Origin: Myxococcota bacterium
Lineage (GTDB): Bacteria > Myxococcota_A > UBA9160 > JAFDDA01
Length of the DNA: 64,000 bases
NCBI GenBank assembly: GCA_965228475.1
Contig: OZ245817.1
Span: 960,001-1,024,000 of the forward strand
Direction of reading: 5' to 3'
The translations under genes and the position numbers were made by a program. Below the pieces are notes generated by a model, which did not search any database, had not been told where the DNA came from, and saw only the letters and a list, made by a program, of their open reading frames with translations. This document shows positions 46,849 through 56,270 of the stretch, in pieces (position 1 is the first letter of the stretch; each line of letters opens with the position of its first letter).

Positions 46849-46923
46849 CTAACCCGCGAACAGGAGGATCGGCGGCTAGCCGGCGAACAGGTCGATCGGT
46901 GACTAGCCCGCGAACAGGTCGAT
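46849..46923 (-). repeat. Three tandem 27-bp repeats of the hemerythrin gene 3' end, each ending in TAG
   Basis: CTA at 46849, 46876, 46903 (exact 27-nt period); minus strand reads IDLFAG* SPIDLFAG* PPILLFAG*. Confidence 0.9.
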
Positions 46924-47355
46924 CGAGATTGGATCGTCCCGCACCACCCGCTCGTCGAGGAAGGCGGACTCCTCGTCGTCCATGTCGGCGCGGAGCAGGG
47001 CCACGAAGTCGATCACGTTGCTGGCTACCACGGACTCGGGCTTCGAGCCGTCGTGCAGCTCGCGCAGGATGTACTCGAGCAGTTCGCGCTGCTCGCGATG
47101 TTCCTCGTCGAAGCGCTCGACGCGCACGTCGCCCCAGCTGTCCGCCTCGCGCAGCACGGGCACGAGGTAGCGATCCTCCCAGCTCATGTGGATGGCGAGG
47201 CGGTCGAGGAAGGACTCGGCCTCCTCGCGCAGGCCCGTCCGCTTGCGGCTCCTGGCGGCGGCGGCGGCGCGGGCCAGCTCCTCGAGGCGGTCGAGGCGCT
47301 CGTGCAGCTCGGTGTGGTCGTGGAGCACGCGTTCGCGGATCTCACTCGGTCGCAT
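46903..47355 (-). CDS. Hemerythrin-like (HHE) domain protein
   Basis: DH, HMSWE, EEH and DMDDEE ligand pattern in a four-helix sequence; GGAGG RBS. Confidence 0.75.
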   Translation of the reverse strand: MRPSEIRERVLHDHTELHERLDRLEELARAAAAARSRKRTGLREEAESFLDRLAIHMSWEDRYLVPVLREADSWGDVRVERFDEEHREQRELLEYILRELHDGSKPESVVASNVIDFVALLRADMDDEESAFLDERVVRDDPISIDLFAG

Positions 47356-47391
47356 GGGGGGCCTCCGTTCGCGGGTTCTGCCCAGGCAGAT

Positions 47392-47408
47392 TGCAAGATG
47401 AGGGCCCG
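47392..47408 (-). promoter_or_regulatory. Sigma54 promoter for the hemerythrin gene
   Basis: CGGGCCCTCATCTTGCA, GG-N10-GC; shares CATCTTGC with the 3997 promoter. Confidence 0.55.
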
Positions 47409-47445
47409 GGGGCGGCCGCGCGTGGGCGCCCCTCCGCGTCCGAAA

Positions 47446-47464
47446 GCGAGACAGATGGTCTCAC
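47446..47464. promoter_or_regulatory. Palindromic activator (UAS) candidate
   Basis: GCGAGAC-N5-GTCTCAC between two divergent sigma54 motifs. Confidence 0.5.
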
Positions 47465-47529
47465 TCTTCGCCCCGACGGGACGGTGCGACACGCGGCGCG
47501 GCGCGGCGCTGCACACGGACGTGGCGCCG

Positions 47530-47545
47530 TGGCCCGGTTTTTGCT
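47530..47545 (+). promoter_or_regulatory. Sigma54 promoter for the cytochrome c operon
   Basis: TGGCCCGGTTTTTGCT, GG-N10-GC. Confidence 0.7.
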
Positions 47546-47566
47546 CTTTTCCCGGGCGGGGGGCCC

Positions 47567-48790
47567 ATGAAACGAGATCGCATCCAGTTCGCCGCGATGA
47601 CCCTCGCGGCGGCCGTCTTCTTCGGCGGAGTTTCGCCGGAGGCCGCCACGGCCGAGTCCGAAGCCGCCGCTTCGCCGGCCGCCGAGACCACGGCCGACAC
47701 CCGCACGCTCATGCGCGAGATGTTCGGCGCCTTCGCCAGGCTCGTCCATCACACGGGGGACCCGGAGGCCTTCGCCTCCCGCGCCGCGCGCGAAGAAATC
47801 GTTCGGTCGCTCCAGCTGCTGCAGCGCAACGCCGGCCGGCTCGAGGGCCACGTCGGCCACGGCAGCCTGACCTCTGCCCACGAGGCCGTCGGCCGTTCCT
47901 TCACGCGCAACGTCGCCACGGCCCTCGACCGCTACATCGTCGGCCAGTACGAGAGCGCGCGGTTCCTGACCGATCAGCTCGTCGAGAACTGCTTTGCCTG
48001 CCACACGAAGCTTCCGGCCAGCCACCGCTTCGAGTTCGGGGCGCAGCTTCTTGCCGAGGAGCCGATCGCGAGCCTTCCGCCGGACCGCAAGGCGCGCCTG
48101 GCCGTCGCGGCGCGCCAGTTCGATACGGCGCTCGAGCTGCTCGAGGCCTACCTGGCGGACCCGCAGAACTCGGCGGTGGACGTGGCGCTCTCGGGCGCCT
48201 TCGAGTCCTACCTGAAGATCGACCTGCGCGTGCGCGGCGATCGTTCCCGGGCGATCCGGACCTTCGAAGCCTTCCGCACGCGCACGGACCTGCCGTTCTA
48301 CCTGCGCGGCGAGATCGACGCCTGGCTCGAGGCGCTGCGCACGCTCGATCCGGCCGCGCCGCCGGGCAACCGCCTCTCGAGCGCCCGCAAGCTCGTGGAG
48401 ACCGCGCGCGCCGTGACGGCCTACCCGGGCGACCGGCGCGGCCTCGTCCACTTCGTCGTCGCTTCGCGCTGGCTGTACGAGCACGCGAGCGGCGCGGAGC
48501 TCAGCCGCGAGGAGCGTGCCGAGACGCTTCTCTGGCTCGGTCTCTGCGAGGTGCACGTCGCCTCGTCGCTGTGGGTCTCCGAGGCCGAAGGCTTCCTCGA
48601 GAGCGCGATCCACACCGCACCGGAATCCGGCTTTGCGCGCGAAGCCTACGGCGTGCTCGAAGCGGTGTACGTCGAGGGGTACACGGGCTCGGCGGGGACG
48701 CACCTGCCGCCCGAGGTCGAGCGTCGCCTGGCCAGCCTGCGCGAGCGGGTGGGCCTCGAGGCCGCAACGGAGGAGATCACCGAGCCATGA
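47567..48790 (+). CDS. Exported c-type cytochrome (single CxxCH) with long helical/TPR-like extension
   Basis: Signal peptide; CFACH at the end of a helical N-terminal domain. Confidence 0.75.
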   Translation: MKRDRIQFAAMTLAAAVFFGGVSPEAATAESEAAASPAAETTADTRTLMREMFGAFARLVHHTGDPEAFASRAAREEIVRSLQLLQRNAGRLEGHVGHGSLTSAHEAVGRSFTRNVATALDRYIVGQYESARFLTDQLVENCFACHTKLPASHRFEFGAQLLAEEPIASLPPDRKARLAVAARQFDTALELLEAYLADPQNSAVDVALSGAFESYLKIDLRVRGDRSRAIRTFEAFRTRTDLPFYLRGEIDAWLEALRTLDPAAPPGNRLSSARKLVETARAVTAYPGDRRGLVHFVVASRWLYEHASGAELSREERAETLLWLGLCEVHVASSLWVSEAEGFLESAIHTAPESGFAREAYGVLEAVYVEGYTGSAGTHLPPEVERRLASLRERVGLEAATEEITEP

Positions 48791-49236
48791 AGCGAACCGC
48801 CCTCGCCGCCCTCGCTGCGGCCTTCGTCCTGCCGGGTTCGGCGTGCGCCGAAGCCGAAGACCCGATCCTCTCGGAATCCGGGCGCGCCTCCTACAAGCGC
48901 CACTGCAGCGCGTGCCACGGGATGGATGCCCAGGGCAAGGGCGTGCTGACGGCGGTCTTGACGATCCCGCCCCCGGACCTCACGCGCATCGCCGCCCGGC
49001 GCGGCGGCGTGTTCCCCACCTCCGAGATCGCCGCCTACATCGACGGCCGCGAGAGCGTCGCGGCGCACGGCCCGCGCGAGATGCCCGTCTGGGGACGCGT
49101 CTTCGCCCAGCCCATCGGCGAGGGGTCGACCGGCGAGGAGGTCGTGCGCGGGCAGCTCCTGGTGCTGGTCGAGTACCTGAAATCGATCCAGGTCCCGGTG
49201 GAGAAGAAGCCCGCGGAGGCTCCCGAAGCGCCCTGA
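48787..49236 (+). CDS. Class I cytochrome c
   Basis: Signal peptide; CSACHG, PPDLTRIA, AHG.REMPVWG; ATGA overlap. Confidence 0.9.
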   Translation: MKRTALAALAAAFVLPGSACAEAEDPILSESGRASYKRHCSACHGMDAQGKGVLTAVLTIPPPDLTRIAARRGGVFPTSEIAAYIDGRESVAAHGPREMPVWGRVFAQPIGEGSTGEEVVRGQLLVLVEYLKSIQVPVEKKPAEAPEAP

Positions 49237-49299
49237 CCCGGGCGCCATCCGTTCTACACTGCAGCTCGGGCCCCGCGGCCGAGCGGGGTGGAGGGCGGG

Positions 49300-50367
49300 A
49301 TGACGCATCGGGTGGTCGTTTGGGGAACCGGAAACGTCGGGCGGCCGGCGCTGCGGGCCGTGCTCACGCACCCGGAGCTCGAGCTCGCCGGCGTCGTGGT
49401 CTCGAGCGCGAGCAAGGCCGGCCGTGACGCCGGGGAGCTCTGCGGTCTGCCCGAAACCGGCGTCGTCGCCACCACCGACGCCGCGGCCGCCCTCGCACCC
49501 GACGTCGACGCCGTGGCCTACACCGCCACGGCCGACACGCGCCCCGCCGAAGCCATCGACGAAGTCCTGCGCTGCCTCGCCGCGGGCAAGAACGTCGTCT
49601 CGACCTCCCTCTACGGCCTGCTCCATCCGCCGTCTTTCGAAGGCCCGGGCGCAAAGCTCTTCGAGGAAGCCTGCGGCAAGGGCGGCGCTTCGATCTTCGT
49701 CTCCGGGATCGATCCGGGCTGGGCTGTCGACGTCCTGCCGCTCGTGCTGACGGGCGCCGTCTCGGACCTCGAAGAAGTGCGCAGCCAGGAACTCTTCAAC
49801 TACGCGCTCTACGATCAGCCCGACGTCGTCCGCAACGTGGTCGGATTCGGCCGGCCCATGAGCGAGCTGCCGGTGATGCTGCACGACGCCGCGCTCACCA
49901 TGGTCTGGGGGCCGATGATCCGCATCGTCGCCGACGGCCTCGGGGTCGAGCTCGAGCGCATCGACGTCTCCGTCGAGCGGCGGCCGCTCGAGCGCTCCAT
50001 CGAAGTCCCGGGCATGGGCACCTTCGAGGCCGGGTCGCAGGGGGCTTTCCGCTTCGAGGTGAGCGGCATCGTCGGCGGAAGGGCGCGCATCGTCGCCGAG
50101 CACGTGACGCGCATCGACGACGCCTGCGCTCCCGAGTGGCCGCTCCCGCCCGAGGGCCAGAGCATGCATCGCGTGCTGCTGCGGGGCCGGCCGAACCTCG
50201 AGGTCTCGATCCACGGAAGCGACCCCGGCGAGACCGGCGCGGGTGCCGGAGGCAACGCCACCGCCGCCAACCGGATCGTGAACGCGCTTCCGGCGGTCTG
50301 CGCGGCCGCGCCCGGGCTCCTCTCGCCCCTCGATCTGCCGACGATGCGGGGCGCCGTCCGCTGGTGA
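49300..50367 (+). CDS. NAD(P)H-dependent amine dehydrogenase / dihydrodipicolinate-reductase-like protein
   Basis: WGTGNVG, K.GRDAGEL, GKNVVSTS, SGIDPGW, ATANRIVNALPAVCAAAPG. Confidence 0.8.
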   Translation: MTHRVVVWGTGNVGRPALRAVLTHPELELAGVVVSSASKAGRDAGELCGLPETGVVATTDAAAALAPDVDAVAYTATADTRPAEAIDEVLRCLAAGKNVVSTSLYGLLHPPSFEGPGAKLFEEACGKGGASIFVSGIDPGWAVDVLPLVLTGAVSDLEEVRSQELFNYALYDQPDVVRNVVGFGRPMSELPVMLHDAALTMVWGPMIRIVADGLGVELERIDVSVERRPLERSIEVPGMGTFEAGSQGAFRFEVSGIVGGRARIVAEHVTRIDDACAPEWPLPPEGQSMHRVLLRGRPNLEVSIHGSDPGETGAGAGGNATAANRIVNALPAVCAAAPGLLSPLDLPTMRGAVRW

Positions 50368-50855
50368 AGGACAACGTGACCCTGATCGGGATGCCGGGCG
50401 TCGGGAAGAGCACCGTCGGCGTGCTCCTCGCGAAGGCGACGGGCCGCAGCTTCCTCGACACGGACCTCCTCATCCAGGAGCGCGAGGGGGACCGCCTCCA
50501 GTCCCTGATCGCGAAGCACGGCGCCGAGGAATTCTGCGAGCGGGAGAACGAACTGATCGCCGCGCTCGATTGCGCCCGGACCGTCATCGCGACGGGCGGG
50601 TCGGCGGTGTACGGGGAGCAGGCCATGGAACACCTGCGCGCGACGAGCCGCGTGGTGCATCTCGCGCTGCCGCTCGCCGACCTCGCCGATCGCCTCGAGA
50701 GCCTCGCGGTGCGCGGCGTCGTCATGCGGCCGGGACAGTCGCTCGAATCCCTCTACGCCGAACGCGAGCCGCTCTACCGGCGCTACGCCCACCAGACCCT
50801 GCCGACCGCCGGCCTCGACCAGGATCAGATCGTGGCGGCCCTGCTCGACGTCTGA
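50364..50855 (+). CDS. aroK: Shikimate kinase
   Basis: LIGMPGVGKST, FLDTD, VIATGGS, REPLY; GTGA overlap. Confidence 0.85.
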   Translation: MKDNVTLIGMPGVGKSTVGVLLAKATGRSFLDTDLLIQEREGDRLQSLIAKHGAEEFCERENELIAALDCARTVIATGGSAVYGEQAMEHLRATSRVVHLALPLADLADRLESLAVRGVVMRPGQSLESLYAEREPLYRRYAHQTLPTAGLDQDQIVAALLDV

Positions 50856-50938
50856 ACGAACGCCAGCTTGCCTGAAACGCAACGGGAATCTCGCGCATCG
50901 GATCGCACGCTCCATTGGACCATCGCCAGGAGGACGCC

Positions 50939-52555
50939 ATGAAGAAAGTTCGCATCGCCACCTTCGCCGAGCTCGAACCGGAGAAGCCCGCGGGGGCGCT
51001 CGTGGCCGGCGTCGACCTCGTGATCGTGCGCTGGCCGGACGAGGACGAGGTCTCGGTCCTCTACGGCCGCTGCCTGCATCGCGGCGCCCTGCTCGTGGAC
51101 GGCGAGATCCGCGGCGAGGACCTGATCTGCGGCGTCCACCAGTGGGACTACCGCTTCCGCACCGGCGTGAGCGCCTACAACAACGCCGAGCGCCTGGAGC
51201 GGTTCACGCACTTCCTCGAGGACGGCGGCGTCTTCGTCGACGAGGACGAGATCCGCGAGTGGGAGCGCTCGAACCCGCAGCCCTTCGATCGGAGCGCCTA
51301 CCAGGGGGCCTACGCCGACCCCCACGGAACCCCCGACGAGCCCTACAACCACTGGATCCAGGAGATGGCCGAGCACGGGCTCGAGCGCGTCGGTCACCAC
51401 GGGCGCGTGGACGCGATGGGCGTGCCGCGCGCGCAGCTCCCGAGCTGGGAGGCGATCCAGCTCCTGACCGCGCAGCTCCACCGCGTTCCGCTGCTCGACG
51501 ACGAGCCCGTGGCGAGCGAGCTCGTGATCGGCCCCGAGACGAAGCGGCCCCTGGCTCTGGAGATTCCGCTCTTCGTTTCGGACATGAGCTTTGGCGCGCT
51601 CTCGCTCGAGGCGAAGGTCGCGCTCGCCAAGGGTGCGGAGGAGGCGGGCACCGGCATCTGCTCGGGGGAGGGCGGCATGCTGCCGGAGGAGCAGCAGGAG
51701 AACGCCCGGTATCTCTACGAGCTGGCGTCGGCGAAGTTCGGCTACTCGCTCGAGAAGCTCTCCGCGGTGCAGGCCTTCCACTTCAAGTGCGGCCAGGGTG
51801 CGAAGACCGGCACGGGCGGGCACCTGCCCGGCCACAAGGTGAAGGGCCGCATCGCCGAGGTGCGCGGGCTTCCCGAGGGCCAATCCGCGATCTCGCCTTC
51901 GCGCTTCCCGGACCTCGAGAGCGTGGCGGACTTCCGGCGCGTGGCCGACGAGGTGCGCGAGGCGACGGGCGGCATCCCGATCGGCTTCAAGCTCTCGGCG
52001 CAGCACGTCGAGCGCGACGTCGAGGCCGCCTGCGAGGCCGGCGCGGACTACATCATCCTCGACGGGCGCGGCGGCGGTACGGGCGCCGCGCCGCTCATCT
52101 TTCGGAACAACATCAGCGTGCCGACGATCCCGGCCCTCGCGCGGGCGCGCCGCAAGCTCGATGCGCTCGGCCGCCACGACGTCACCCTGATCATCACCGG
52201 CGGCCTGCGCGCGCCCTCGGACTTCGTGAAGGCCCTGGCGCTCGGCGCCGACGGCGTGGCGCTCTCGAACGCCGCGATCCAGGCGATCGGCTGCCTCGGT
52301 ATGCGCGCGTGCCACACGAACAACTGCCCGGTCGGCATCGCCACCCAGAAGGACCACCTGCGGGCCCGGCTGCAGGTCGATCTGGCGGCGAAGCGGCTCG
52401 CGCGCTTCATGCGCTCGGCCACCGAGCTCATGCGGGTGATGGCGCGGGCCTGCGGGCACCGGCGCCTCGCCGACTTCACGCCCGACGATCTTTCGACCTT
52501 CGATCGCGACATGCACCACCTCGCCGGCATCTCATGGGCCGGGGTCACGCAGTGA
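50939..52555 (+). CDS. Rieske [2Fe-2S] domain fused to FMN-binding glutamate-synthase-like domain
   Basis: CLH...CGVH Rieske ligands; DMSFGALS, SGEGG, GQGAK.G.GGHLPG.KV, DGRGGGTGAAP, CLGMRACHTNNCPVG (3Fe-4S). Confidence 0.88.
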   Translation: MKKVRIATFAELEPEKPAGALVAGVDLVIVRWPDEDEVSVLYGRCLHRGALLVDGEIRGEDLICGVHQWDYRFRTGVSAYNNAERLERFTHFLEDGGVFVDEDEIREWERSNPQPFDRSAYQGAYADPHGTPDEPYNHWIQEMAEHGLERVGHHGRVDAMGVPRAQLPSWEAIQLLTAQLHRVPLLDDEPVASELVIGPETKRPLALEIPLFVSDMSFGALSLEAKVALAKGAEEAGTGICSGEGGMLPEEQQENARYLYELASAKFGYSLEKLSAVQAFHFKCGQGAKTGTGGHLPGHKVKGRIAEVRGLPEGQSAISPSRFPDLESVADFRRVADEVREATGGIPIGFKLSAQHVERDVEAACEAGADYIILDGRGGGTGAAPLIFRNNISVPTIPALARARRKLDALGRHDVTLIITGGLRAPSDFVKALALGADGVALSNAAIQAIGCLGMRACHTNNCPVGIATQKDHLRARLQVDLAAKRLARFMRSATELMRVMARACGHRRLADFTPDDLSTFDRDMHHLAGISWAGVTQ

Positions 52556-52574
52556 TCGCGAGAGGAGGTCCACG

Positions 52575-53429
52575 ATGAGTGAATCGAGCTGGGAAGATCT
52601 CGGCGCCACGGCGCCGAAGGATCTGATCGACGCGCGGCTCCAGCTGCACCACGCGGCGCAGCTGGTCTCGGCCGTCGGAAAGACGCTGCTCGAGGCGAAG
52701 CCCGACGACAGCCACCCGAACCTCGGCTGGCGCACGCCCGAGCGGGCGCTGGGGAGCCACCCGATCCCCGGCGAGTCGACCTTCCAGGCCGCGCTCCGCC
52801 CCGAGGGCCTCGAGCTGCTGCTGATCGACGGCGCCGGCGACGTCGTCGACGCGCATGGGCTCGAAGGCGAGACGCAAGCCTCCGGCGCCGCCTGGCTCTC
52901 GGCCGCGATCGAGCGCCACTTCGCGCGGCCCCTTCCCCAGGGACTCACGTTGCCCGGTTACGAGATCCCGAGCCACGGGGTCGGTGCGGGCGAAGTCTTC
53001 TCGGCGGACGGCGCGGCGCTCGCCGAGCTCGGCCGCTGGTTCGGCAACGCGGACGCCGCGCTCGGCGAGCTGGCCGCGCACACCGAGGGCGCCTCGGACG
53101 TGCGCTGCTGGCCCCACCACTTCGACCTCGCGACGCTCGTCGCCGTCGAGATGGGCGCGGACGGTGCGGCGACGAAGACCGTCGGCCTCGGCTTCTCGCC
53201 CGGCGATGACGGCTACCCCGAGCCCTACTGGTACGTCTCGCCGTGGCCCTACCCGGACGCATCGCTCGAACTCCCCGAACTCCCGCCGGGCGCGCACTGG
53301 CACCGCGAGGGCTACACCGCGGCGATCCTGCCGGCGAGCGCCCACGTGGCTGCCACGGACCAACGCGCCTGCCTCGCCGACTTCCTCGCGACGGCGCTCG
53401 CCGCCGGCCGCCGCATCCACGGCCACTAG
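52575..53429 (+). CDS. Conserved hypothetical protein (DUF5996-like)
   Basis: LHHAAQLV, WPHHFDLA, GFSPGD...EPYWYVSPWP. Confidence 0.65.
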   Translation: MSESSWEDLGATAPKDLIDARLQLHHAAQLVSAVGKTLLEAKPDDSHPNLGWRTPERALGSHPIPGESTFQAALRPEGLELLLIDGAGDVVDAHGLEGETQASGAAWLSAAIERHFARPLPQGLTLPGYEIPSHGVGAGEVFSADGAALAELGRWFGNADAALGELAAHTEGASDVRCWPHHFDLATLVAVEMGADGAATKTVGLGFSPGDDGYPEPYWYVSPWPYPDASLELPELPPGAHWHREGYTAAILPASAHVAATDQRACLADFLATALAAGRRIHGH

Positions 53430-53458
53430 ACCCGAACCCCCGTTCCCTGGAGAGACCC

Positions 53459-55423
53459 ATGTCGAACGAACTCCGCTGGTACAAGGCCCTCGACCGCGAT
53501 GAACTCCCCGAGGGCCGGGTGAAGCCCGTGACCTGCGGGCTCGCCACCGTCTGCATGACCCACCACGAGGGCCAGTACGCCGCGCTCGACAACAAGTGCC
53601 CGCACCAGGGCGGGCCGCTCGGCGAGGGCTCCATCGAGAAGGGCCTCCTGCGCTGCCCGTGGCACGGCTGGGACTACGATCCGATCACTGGCCGTTCGCC
53701 CGGCGCTTTCGACGACGGCGTCGACACCTACGAAGTCGAGGTGCGCGAGGACGGCGTCTACGTCGGACTGCCCGCGGAGCCGGAGCACGTGCGCACGGTG
53801 AGCGACGTCATGGCCGAGACGCTCGTGAACTGGGACGTCACGGCCGTCTTCGGCATGGTCGGCCACTCGAACCTCGGCCTGGCGGACGCGCTCCGCCGAC
53901 AGGAGGAGGCGGGCAAGCTCCGCTACTTCGGCATCCGCCACGAGGGCGGCGCCTCCTTCGCCTGCTCGGCCTACGGCAAGCTCACCGGCCGCCCCGCCGC
54001 GTGCTTCGCCATCGCCGGCCCCGGCGCCACGAACCTCCTGACCGGCCTCTGGGACGCGAACGTCGACCGCGCGCCGGCGCTCGCACTCACCGGCCAGGTC
54101 AACACCCAGGTGCTCGGCCCCGGCGCCTTCCAGGAGGTCGACCTCCAGGCCGCGTTCGGCAAGGTCGCCCAGTGGGCGCAGCCCGTGCTCCACTCGAGCA
54201 AGCACGCCGAGCTGGTGAACCTGGCCTGCAAGTCCGCGATCCTGAACCGCGGCGTCTCGCACCTGATCTTCCCGGACGAAGTCCAGATGCTGCCCGCGGC
54301 CGAAGGCGCGAAGGCCGGCCGGCCCGAAGGCCGCATGGCCTCGCGGGCGATCGCTCCGCCGGCGGACGCCGTCGACGCCGCCGTCGGCCTGCTCGAAAAG
54401 GCGAAACGTCCGGTCATCATCGTCGGCCACGGCGCGCGCTTCGACATGCCCGCGATCCTGGAACTCGCGGACGTGCTGCGCTGCCCCGTCGTCACCACAT
54501 TCAAGGGGAAGGGGCTCGTTTCGGACCGGCACCCGAGCGGCTGCGGCGTGCTCGGCCGGAGCGGGACGCCCATCGCCAGCCACTTCATGAACGAGAGCGA
54601 CGTGCTGCTCGTCTTCGGCGCGAGCTTCAGCGACCACACGGGCATCACGCCGAAGAAGCCGACCATCCAGGTCGACTTCGACGCCATGCAGCTCGGCCGG
54701 ACCCACGCCGTCGACGTGCCCGTGTGGGGCGAGATCGCCGCCACCGTCGGCGCCCTGAAGCCGCGGCTCGAGGGGCGGGCGGCCGCCGAGGATCAGCGCC
54801 CCGAGATCGCCCAGCGCTGGGAGATCTGGCGCGCGGAGAAGGCGAGCCGGCGCGCCGACGACCGCGGCAATGGCGTCAACTCGGCCACGATCTTCGAGGC
54901 GCTCACCCGCCACGTGCCCGAGGACGCGATCCTCGCCGTCGACGTCGGCAACAACACCTACTCCTTCGGCCGCTACTTCGAGTGCGAGCGCCAGGCGGTG
55001 CTGATGAGCGGTTATCTCGGCTCGATCGGGTTCTCCCTGCCCGCTGCGATGGGCGCCTGGGCGGCGACGCAGGAGTCAGATCCGCGCTTCGCCGGCCGCA
55101 AGGTCGTCTCCGTCTCGGGCGACGGCGGCTTCGGCCAGTACATGGGCGAGCTGCTCACCGCCGTGAAGTACGGCATGAACATCACCCACGTGCTCCTGCG
55201 CAACGACCAGCTCGGCAAGATCAGCAAGGAGCAGCGGAGCGGGAACTGGGAGGTGTGGCAGACCTCGCTCCACAACCCGAGCTTCGCCGAGTACGCGCGC
55301 ATCTCCGGCGCCCTCGGCATCGAGGTGCGCGAGGCGAGCCAGCTCGACGCGGCGCTCGCCGAAGCGCTCGCGGCGCCAGGGCCGAGCCTGGTCGAGATCG
55401 TTTCGGACGCAGAGCTGATCTAG
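53459..55423 (+). CDS. Rieske [2Fe-2S] domain fused to ThDP-dependent pyruvate-oxidase/acetolactate-synthase-like enzyme
   Basis: CPHQGG...CPWHGW; IRHEGG, AGPGATNL.TGL, GDGGF...N ThDP motif. Confidence 0.9.
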   Translation: MSNELRWYKALDRDELPEGRVKPVTCGLATVCMTHHEGQYAALDNKCPHQGGPLGEGSIEKGLLRCPWHGWDYDPITGRSPGAFDDGVDTYEVEVREDGVYVGLPAEPEHVRTVSDVMAETLVNWDVTAVFGMVGHSNLGLADALRRQEEAGKLRYFGIRHEGGASFACSAYGKLTGRPAACFAIAGPGATNLLTGLWDANVDRAPALALTGQVNTQVLGPGAFQEVDLQAAFGKVAQWAQPVLHSSKHAELVNLACKSAILNRGVSHLIFPDEVQMLPAAEGAKAGRPEGRMASRAIAPPADAVDAAVGLLEKAKRPVIIVGHGARFDMPAILELADVLRCPVVTTFKGKGLVSDRHPSGCGVLGRSGTPIASHFMNESDVLLVFGASFSDHTGITPKKPTIQVDFDAMQLGRTHAVDVPVWGEIAATVGALKPRLEGRAAAEDQRPEIAQRWEIWRAEKASRRADDRGNGVNSATIFEALTRHVPEDAILAVDVGNNTYSFGRYFECERQAVLMSGYLGSIGFSLPAAMGAWAATQESDPRFAGRKVVSVSGDGGFGQYMGELLTAVKYGMNITHVLLRNDQLGKISKEQRSGNWEVWQTSLHNPSFAEYARISGALGIEVREASQLDAALAEALAAPGPSLVEIVSDAELI

Positions 55424-55432
55424 ACGGCCGAG

Positions 55433-55643
55433 CTACTCGCGCCCCTGGGAGATCTCCCACTCGAGCTCGAGGCGGCGCTGTTCGCGCTCTTGTTCGTAGA
55501 GGTCCTCGAGCCGCCGCTCTTCGTCGGCTGCGTGCAGCCACGGCGTGAACTCCGGCGAATCTGGAAGCCGGTGTGGCGCAGCCCGCGGCCAGCAGACCCG
55601 CGAGAACGGCGGCCAGGGTTCTTTGCGATCTCGTCGTGGGCAG
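55433..55643 (-). pseudogene. Probable frameshifted small lipoprotein
   Basis: LAAVLAGLLAAGC lipobox in one frame; PDSPEFTPWLH...ELEWEISQGRE* in the next frame; no canonical start. Confidence 0.4.
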
Positions 55644-55788
55644 GAGACTCCGCCTTTCGTCGACCCGTTTCGATGCCGTCTTGGGTGGGCGGGTTTCGTT
55701 CAGGGTCGCGGAAAGAATAAGCGACCTCGTCCGAAACCTCACGGTTTCGCTGGCGTCGAAGGGTCTCATTCATGGGAGGACAATCGAG

Positions 55789-56178
55789 ATGTCCGGTTCA
55801 CTGCTCGAGAAAACGGTGCGAATGATCGAGGGTCTGAAGGAGGGGCGGTTCATCGAAGGGATGGAGGAGTTCTACGCGGATGACGCCATCAACGAAGAGC
55901 CGACGGGTGCACGCATCGTCGGCAAGAGCGCCATCATCGAGAACGAGCGAGAGGTTCTTGCGAACGTCGCCACTTTTCACGGTGCCGAGATCCGCTCGTT
56001 CGGCGTCGGGGAGGACGATGGGAACGGAAACGGCACCACCTTCGCCGAGTACAAGCTCACGGTCGACATGAAGGACGGCAGCCGGTTCAACCCCGACCAG
56101 GTCCAGGTCACGCGCTGGCGAGGCGGCAAAGCAGTCCACATCAAGTTCTACTACGACCCGTCTTTCCCGGCTCAATAG
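55789..56178 (+). CDS. SnoaL/NTF2-like protein
   Basis: GGGAGG RBS; FYADDA...EP....VGK.AI, QVTRWRGGK...KFYY. Confidence 0.75.
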   Translation: MSGSLLEKTVRMIEGLKEGRFIEGMEEFYADDAINEEPTGARIVGKSAIIENEREVLANVATFHGAEIRSFGVGEDDGNGNGTTFAEYKLTVDMKDGSRFNPDQVQVTRWRGGKAVHIKFYYDPSFPAQ

Positions 56179-56270
56179 ACTCGGGGCTTCGAGGGGCGGC
56201 GAAGGGCGTGAAACCGCCGGGGTCGGTGGCTCGTACTGGAAGCAAGGCAACGAAACGAAAGGAACGAACC

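Noticed and set aside
46849..46923. 27-bp repeats as a mini CRISPR array or pyrrolysine read-through
   Set aside because: Repeats are contiguous with no unique spacers and no cas genes; no pyl genes or methyltransferase context in the window
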